DNA of 63,349 nt, counting the filler, from Anaerolineae bacterium (lineage in GTDB: Bacteria > Chloroflexota > Anaerolineae > Epilineales > Epilineaceae), in assembly GCA_029262755.1 (NCBI GenBank). It is 7 parts of 7 records of this genome, joined end to end, with 100 filler letters (N's around TTAATTAATTAA, not from the genome) between each part and the next. Parts side by side here need not be neighbours in the genome. Positions count along the whole stretch, not along the records: positions 55,098 to 60,469 come from JAJCYU010000269.1; positions 60,570 to 63,349 come from JAJCYU010000283.1; 5 more parts are not named here. One strand, written 5' to 3'. This document shows positions 57,834-63,349 of this stretch, piece by piece. The stretch's first letter is position 1. Each line of letters starts with the position of its first letter. A model generated the notes under the pieces. It was not told where the DNA came from and searched no databases. It was given only the letters and a program-made list of their open reading frames with translations. The position numbers and the translations under genes were made by a program.

Positions 57834-58490
57834 ATGACCGTCGTTGTTCGCGCTCTATCCGTGGCCAAGCGGGAGGCCATCCTCACGGCCGCGCAGGCCG
57901 TTTACCGCGACGAGGGCGTGCAAGCGGCCAGCATGGACCGCATCTCCGAGCGCGCCAAAGTCTCGAAACGGACGGTCTACAACCACTTCAAGAGCAAGGA
58001 GGGGCTCTTCTGGGCGGTCGTGGAACGCTTCCTGGCGGAGCTCGCAGAGGACATTGAAGCCCAGCCGCTGGAGGACGGCCCGTTGGAAGGGCAACTGGCG
58101 GCGATCCTCGAGCGGCAGACCGAGGCCCTGCTCCGCGAAGAACCGCTCGCCCTGCTCCGCGCGTTGGTGATCGAGGTCGTGCAGCTGCCCGAATCGGACA
58201 AGTCGTTCTTTGAGCAGACCCGGCTGGCGGAATCGGGCGCCACGGTTGCCTTGATTCGCAAGGCGGCCGCGCTCGGAACCCTACGGGTGCCGGATCCGCT
58301 GCTTGCGGAGGCGATGCTTCGAGGGATGGTGCAGGAGAGCCTGTTCTGGCCGATGCTGTTGGGCCTGCGCCCGATCCCGGCCGCGGAGGAACGAAGGCGC
58401 GTGATCCGCGAGGCGGTGGATGTCTTCCTGAGCAGATACGGCACAACGCCGGACGGCGTCCGACAACCCGGCACCAAGAAGGAAGGCTAA
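57834..58490 (+). CDS. TetR/AcrR family transcriptional regulator
   Basis: SMDRISERAKVSKRTVYNHFKSKEGLF HTH; AAGGAG SD. Confidence 0.93.
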   Translation: MTVVVRALSVAKREAILTAAQAVYRDEGVQAASMDRISERAKVSKRTVYNHFKSKEGLFWAVVERFLAELAEDIEAQPLEDGPLEGQLAAILERQTEALLREEPLALLRALVIEVVQLPESDKSFFEQTRLAESGATVALIRKAAALGTLRVPDPLLAEAMLRGMVQESLFWPMLLGLRPIPAAEERRRVIREAVDVFLSRYGTTPDGVRQPGTKKEG

Positions 58491-58494
58491 GACG

Positions 58495-59775
58495 ATGATC
58501 GCCAACGATCTACGGGACGGCGCGACGTCGCCGATCACCCTGCCGAATCTCGACAAGCCATTCAACTTCATGAGCGAGCACTTTATCGCTCACCGTCACG
58601 CTTACTACGCGCACCTGCGCGAGCAGATGCCCGTCGCGCGTGCGAAGGTATCGGTCTTGAACGTTTACACACTTGCGCGCTACGACGACTGTGTCGCGCT
58701 GCTGAAGGACCCGCGCTTCGTCCGCAACCGCAAGAACTTCGGTGCTCGAGGGCTGATGCCCTTCCCAACACCCAAGAGCGTGCAGCTGGTGGCCAAGAGC
58801 ATGATCTTGGAGGACGAGCCGGAACACCGCCGTCTGCGGCAGTTGGTGCACCGGGCGTTCACCCCGCGTGCCTTGAAGCATCTCGAAGAGCGCATCGAGT
58901 CGCTGACGCACGAGCTCCTCGACGCGGCGGCGGCCGAGGCACGCGCGGGCGGCGGTGTCATCGACCTGATGCAGGCCTATGCGCTGCCGATCCCCGTCAC
59001 GGTCATCCGCGAGATGGTCGGCGTGTCCGAGGAGGACATGCCGCGATTCCAATCAGGCCTACGGGTGTTGATCGACGGCTTCTCCGGCCTTGGGATCCTG
59101 CGCACGTTTCTCTTCGACCTGCCAAAGGCCACGACCTTTCTGCGCGGTCTCATCGCCGATAAGCGTGCGAACCCGGGCGACGACATCCTCACCGGCCTGA
59201 TCCAAGCGGAAGAAGACGGCGAGCGGCTCAGCGAGGACGAGCTGATCAGCATGGTCTACCTGCTGATCTTCGCCGGCTACGAGACCACCGTGCACTTGAT
59301 CACCAACGGCGTCCTGACGTTGTTGCAGCATCCACAAGAGCTGGCGCGGCTGCGAGCGGATCCCGGCATGATGACCTCGGCTGTCGAGGAGATCACGCGC
59401 TACGCTGGACCGATTCTAGGCACAAAGATGAACTACGCCTCCGAGGACGTGAGCTGGCACGGCGTCACCATTCCCAAGGGCGCGGCGGTCATGCCGTTGC
59501 TCGAGTCCGCCAACTACGACCCTGATCATTTCCCCGAGCCGGAGCGCTTCGACATCGCGCGCTCCCCCAACAGGCACCTTGGCTTCGGCCAAGGCATCCA
59601 CTACTGCCTGGGGGCACCGCTGGCTCGCTTGGAGGCCGGGATTGCCTTTCAGAACCTGTGGGACCGCTTCCCCGACCTCACCTTGGCGGTCGCACTGGAG
59701 GCAATCGAGGTAGCCCGCATGCCGTTGTGGTATCGCCACAAGACGTTGCCGGTACGCTTGGAAGGGGCATCTTGA
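58495..59775 (+). CDS. Cytochrome P450 (CYP107/BioI-like)
   Basis: AGYETT I-helix, EEITR (ExxR), FGQGIHYCLG heme motif. Confidence 0.95.
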   Translation: MIANDLRDGATSPITLPNLDKPFNFMSEHFIAHRHAYYAHLREQMPVARAKVSVLNVYTLARYDDCVALLKDPRFVRNRKNFGARGLMPFPTPKSVQLVAKSMILEDEPEHRRLRQLVHRAFTPRALKHLEERIESLTHELLDAAAAEARAGGGVIDLMQAYALPIPVTVIREMVGVSEEDMPRFQSGLRVLIDGFSGLGILRTFLFDLPKATTFLRGLIADKRANPGDDILTGLIQAEEDGERLSEDELISMVYLLIFAGYETTVHLITNGVLTLLQHPQELARLRADPGMMTSAVEEITRYAGPILGTKMNYASEDVSWHGVTIPKGAAVMPLLESANYDPDHFPEPERFDIARSPNRHLGFGQGIHYCLGAPLARLEAGIAFQNLWDRFPDLTLAVALEAIEVARMPLWYRHKTLPVRLEGAS

Positions 59776-59862
59776 TTGCATCCGACGGTGCCGGCCGGGC
59801 AAGGTCCACGGAGGCCGGCGACCATTCGAGCAGCCAGGATGCTACCGGCTCGTAAGGGCTAG

Positions 59863-60468
59863 TCAGCCCGCGGGGACGAGCTCGACCGCGATGCTCGCGG
59901 CCAGGGCGCGACCGATCGTATGCTCGCTCTCTGCGACGCGCACCGTAATCGGGCCTTCGAAGGGTGCCACCGCGATGAGCTCAAGCACGCAGTCCGGGAA
60001 GAGGCCGAGCGCGCCGATATAGCGCAACCGCTCCGCGTCCTCGTCTTCGACGGAGCGCACCACGAGATGCTGTCCGACCGCCTCATCGGAAGCCGCTTCC
60101 GCCAAAGAGGGAAAGCGCGGTTCCTCGAAGGGACCCTCTTTGGGCGGGATCCACCCGCCATGCGGATCGCGTGTTGGGTGGCCGAGGGTCTCGGCAATGC
60201 GGTCCTCGAGCGCCTCGGAGATGTGATGCTCGAGGCGGTGCGCTTCTTCGTGGACTTCATCCCAAGCCAGGCCGAGGCTCTGGGCGAGGAAGGTTTCGAT
60301 GAGCCGGTGGTGGCGCATGATCTCAAGCGCGACCTTGCGGCCGGCCGGGGTCAGGCGGGCGCCCGCGTAGCGCGCGTGGTCGACGAGGCCTTGCTCGTCG
60401 AGGCGCTTGATCATGCCGCTCACCGACGCCGGCGCCACACCGAGACGCTCCGCCAGCGCCGTGGTGCT
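59863..60468 (-). CDS. DtxR/MntR family metal-dependent regulator with a FeoA-like domain (5' truncated)
   Basis: RHHRLIETFL, EAHRLEH, DPHG, LRYIGALG. Confidence 0.92.
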   Translation of the reverse strand, partial: STTALAERLGVAPASVSGMIKRLDEQGLVDHARYAGARLTPAGRKVALEIMRHHRLIETFLAQSLGLAWDEVHEEAHRLEHHISEALEDRIAETLGHPTRDPHGGWIPPKEGPFEEPRFPSLAEAASDEAVGQHLVVRSVEDEDAERLRYIGALGLFPDCVLELIAVAPFEGPITVRVAESEHTIGRALAASIAVELVPAG

Positions 60469-60469
60469 G

Positions 60470-60569
60470 NNNNNNNNNNNNNNNNNNNNNNNNNNNNNNN
60501 NNNNNNNNNNNNNTTAATTAATTAANNNNNNNNNNNNNNNNNNNNNNNNNNNNNNNNNNNNNNNNNNNN
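60470..60569. other. Artificial linker
   Basis: N/TTAATTAATTAA/N. Confidence 0.98.
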
Positions 60570-61003
60570 ACACGACCGACTATCGTGCCGCTGCCGTCCA
60601 CATGGGTAAGGACTGGGAGCCGGGCCGCAACCTTGTCATAGACGGGCGGCCAGCAACCGGATCCACGGACTCTGGTGAGCCCGGGGACGGGAACGCAACC
60701 ATCGTCGGCCGCTCCACTACCGGGATGCGGATTCGCGTCACCGCTAGCCGACCAGGATGGCTTCTCGTCGGATCGAACTACGACCCAGGTTGGACAGCGA
60801 GCATCGACGGCGAACCGACGCCGATCCACCACGCCAACATCGCCTTCATGTCAATCCGCCTGACAGCCGGCGAGCACGCGGTCGTGCTGCGATATCGACC
60901 GTACGGTCTTACTCTCGGTTGGGCTGTGACTGCGGTCGGAGTTGTGCTCACGTCGCTTCTCGCGCTGCGCCGACCGAGCCGACTGCGCGTTGTTCCTGAG
61001 TGA
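60570..61003 (+). CDS. YfhO-family membrane protein, C-terminal fragment
   Basis: 'YDPGWTASIDG...ANIAFMSI..GEHAVVLRYRP' followed by a terminal TM helix. Confidence 0.8.
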
Positions 61004-61184
61004 GCCCGGTTGAGCGTGTCGTCCATGCACAGGTGCACCCGACCGTGCCAGCCTCGGCGAAGGCCCCGCTCCGCGGCCGCCGCCAGAGCCCGCGCTGCGT
61101 CACCTCAGTCCCACCGCAGCGCTGTGAGTTCCGGAATGTCTGACCGGTGGGTGTCCGGAACTCACAACGAACGAGTCCGGCACC

Positions 61185-61218
61185 GATGTCAGCGGCGAAC
61201 TGATGTCAGCGGCGAACT
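61185..61218. repeat. 17-bp tandem direct repeat gatgtcagcggcgaact x2
   Basis: Copies at 61185-61201 and 61202-61218. Confidence 0.85.
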
Positions 61219-61389
61219 GGACACGACCCCCCTGTGTCAGCGTAGCTGCCGCCTCTCTTTGGGGGCCGTGGGGCCCCTGCCAAGGCGCAGCCTTGGTAGG
61301 GCACGGTTCCCTTCTTCCTGCCCGCAGGGCAGGCCCCCCATGGGGGGCGATTTCTGAGACACGATCTCCGGGGGCGTCGGAGACGATCG

Positions 61390-61926
61390 ATGACGACGTA
61401 CACTGCAGGCTTCAAGGGCCGGATGGTCCAGCGCATGGCAGGCCGAGAAGCGATCAGCGCGAACGCACTGGCACAGGAGGTAGGCGTGTCGCAGAACACG
61501 CTCTCGCGCTGGCTGCGTGAGGCGTCGGCGGCGGCGCCTACCGTGGCCGCCATGAAGAAGAAGCACAACGCCCGCAAGAATCCCGCCCGCCGCACCGCCG
61601 AAGAGAAGCTCGAGGTCGTGATGAAGGCGGCCGCCCTCTCGGACGACGAGCTGGGCGCCTTCCTGCGCCGCGAGGGGCTCCACGAGGCCCAGCTCGAGGA
61701 GTGGCGCAGCAAGGCCATGGAGGCTGCCACAGGCGCGCTCAAAGCGCCGCACGGCAAGCGCAGCGAACAGACGCCCGAGCGCCGCAAGATCCGGGAGCTC
61801 GAGCGCGAGCTGCGCCGCAAGAATGACGCCCTGGCCGAGGCCGGCGCGTTGCTGCTGCTAAAAAAAAGGTTCGAGGAAATGTGGGGGGACGCGGACGGCG
61901 AGTCGACCACGAGGAAAGGGACATGA
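61390..61926 (+). CDS. IS3 transposase OrfA (HTH)
   Basis: HTH 'LAQEVGVSQNTLSRW'; 'LERELRRKNDALAEAGALLLLKK'; A8 run at 61860-61867. Confidence 0.9.
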   Translation: MTTYTAGFKGRMVQRMAGREAISANALAQEVGVSQNTLSRWLREASAAAPTVAAMKKKHNARKNPARRTAEEKLEVVMKAAALSDDELGAFLRREGLHEAQLEEWRSKAMEAATGALKAPHGKRSEQTPERRKIRELERELRRKNDALAEAGALLLLKKRFEEMWGDADGESTTRKGT

Positions 61927-62951
61927 TCCTCGGGCTGATCGACGAGGCCGTCGCCGGTGGTGCCCGCCAATCTCGGGCGTGCGACGTGATCGGCCTGGAT
62001 CCGCGGACGCTACAGCGCTGGCGCGCGCAGGACATCGGCGACGATGGCCGCGCGGGCCCCAGGCACCCGCCGCAGAACAAGCTCTCGGCCAAGGAGCGCG
62101 CCAGGGTCCTCGAGATCGCCAACGCCCCGCGGTACCGGGATCTGAGCCCCAAGCAGATCGTTCCCATCCTCGCCGACGAGGGGATCTACATCGCCTCGGA
62201 GTCCACGTTCTACCGCATCCTGCGCGAGGAGAAGCAGCTCGTGCATCGCGCGCCGTCGCGGCTGGCGACCAAGCGCCACCGGCCCGAGGAGTACATCGCC
62301 ACGGGCCCCAACCAGGTCTGGAGCTGGGACATCACGTACATGCGCGGACCCGTGCGCGGCGCGTTCTTCTATCTGTATGTCGCGGTCGACGTCTGGAGTC
62401 GCAAGCTCGTGGCGTGGACGCTCGAGGAGTCGGAGTCCGCCGAGCATGCCCAGGCCATGCTGGCCGCGGCCTGCGAGCGCGAGGGCGTCCGCCGGGACCA
62501 ACTCGTCATCCACTCCGACAACGGTGCGCCGATGAAGGCCGCCACGCTGCTCGCGTTCCTGCAGAGCCTGGGCATCGTGCCGTCCTTCAGCCGGCCGAGC
62601 GTGAGCAACGACAACCCGTATTCCGAGGCGCTCTTCCGCACCGCGAAGTATCGAGCTCAGTATCCGCGGACGAACTTCGAGTCCATCGAGGCGGCCAGGC
62701 GCTGGGCGTGGTGGTTCGTGGGTTGGTACAACACCGAGCACCGCCACAGCGCCATCAAGTTCGTGACCCCGCAGGAGCGACACGCCGGCGAAGACGTCGC
62801 GATCCTCGCCGCGCGAGCAGCGCTCTACCGAGCCGCCAGGGCCAAGAACCCGAAGCGGTGGACGAAGGGCGCGCGGGACTGGAGCCCCGTCGAGGCCGTC
62901 GTCCTCAACCCCGCACTCAACACCGAGAAGATCGCCGCTGACGCGGCGTAG
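61923..62951 (+). CDS. IS3 transposase OrfB (DDE integrase core)
   Basis: WSWDITY, HSDNG, YSEALF; lies in the -1 frame relative to OrfA. Confidence 0.93.
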   Translation: MILGLIDEAVAGGARQSRACDVIGLDPRTLQRWRAQDIGDDGRAGPRHPPQNKLSAKERARVLEIANAPRYRDLSPKQIVPILADEGIYIASESTFYRILREEKQLVHRAPSRLATKRHRPEEYIATGPNQVWSWDITYMRGPVRGAFFYLYVAVDVWSRKLVAWTLEESESAEHAQAMLAAACEREGVRRDQLVIHSDNGAPMKAATLLAFLQSLGIVPSFSRPSVSNDNPYSEALFRTAKYRAQYPRTNFESIEAARRWAWWFVGWYNTEHRHSAIKFVTPQERHAGEDVAILAARAALYRAARAKNPKRWTKGARDWSPVEAVVLNPALNTEKIAADAA

Positions 62952-63349
62952 AAGCATGGCCAGAGGCGACAACTACGTTGACACCCACCGATCGGCTTCG
63001 CACGGGGGCACTCCCCATGGCCTGCGGACTTCGGGCCGCCAGAGTTGGACCAAGTGGTTCTCTGCACGCACGCCTCCGACGCAGATGGCGAACCAGCCCC
63101 AGCGACCCTTCGGCTGGACCTGGAGGCCGGCACTGGGGGAGGGGGGACCATGGATCTGATGATCTGGCTTCACGGCGGAGCCCCTGTCGGCTCGGAATGG
63201 GATTACGTCTAACCCGCCGCTTCAGCTGCCGAGCGGCGGCATCCTCTCCCGCGAGTCCGGTACCATGTCGGCACCGCTCGCAGCTGAGCGGCAGCGTTAC
63301 ACACAGCGGAAGGCGACATGTGGCCGTTTCGAAAGACCGCGACTCCAAC

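Larger units (their letters stand above)
61235..62983 (+). mobile_element. IS3-family insertion sequence
   Basis: IRL TGTCAGCGTAGCTGCCGCCTCT vs IRR (reverse complement) TGTCAACGTAGTTGTCGCCTCT, 19/22 identical; orfA/orfB; no clear target duplication seen. Confidence 0.88.

Noticed and set aside
62984..63349. Short ORFs after the IS
   Set aside because: No recognisable motifs, and the region is cut by the window edge.

Overview
High-GC bacterial DNA in seven segments joined by six 100-nt N/TTAATTAATTAA/N linkers (9177-9276, 15939-16038, 29683-29782, 41112-41211, 54998-55097, 60470-60569), so neighbourhood across linkers is not reliable. Gene content and recurring motifs suggest a Chloroflexota genome bin (inference). 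Recognisable loci: an Fe(III)-type ABC permease/ATPase, aspS, secA (partial), tRNA-Val(TAC), a 6S RNA, two tandem gap homologues, two ArnT/PMT-like glycosyltransferases, a TetR-P450 unit, a DtxR/MntR regulator, a YfhO-like fragment and an IS3-family element. Much of the window encodes large exported proteins (beta-propellers, vWA proteins, an M6 protease, an esterase, a dockerin/cohesin lipoprotein). Main leads: (1) an RND transporter with a ~312-aa insert carrying a LysM domain in the TolC-docking subdomain, with no adaptor or TolC nearby; (2) a GAPDH paralogue whose catalytic Cys/His are replaced by Asp/Arg, coupled to an intact GAPDH; (3) a shared 'hydrophobic-x-LP-x-x-x-R' tag on nine exported proteins, possibly a surface-display signal; (4) an unannotated promoter-sORF-terminator unit upstream of aspS. 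All assignments come from reading motifs by eye; no searches were run.
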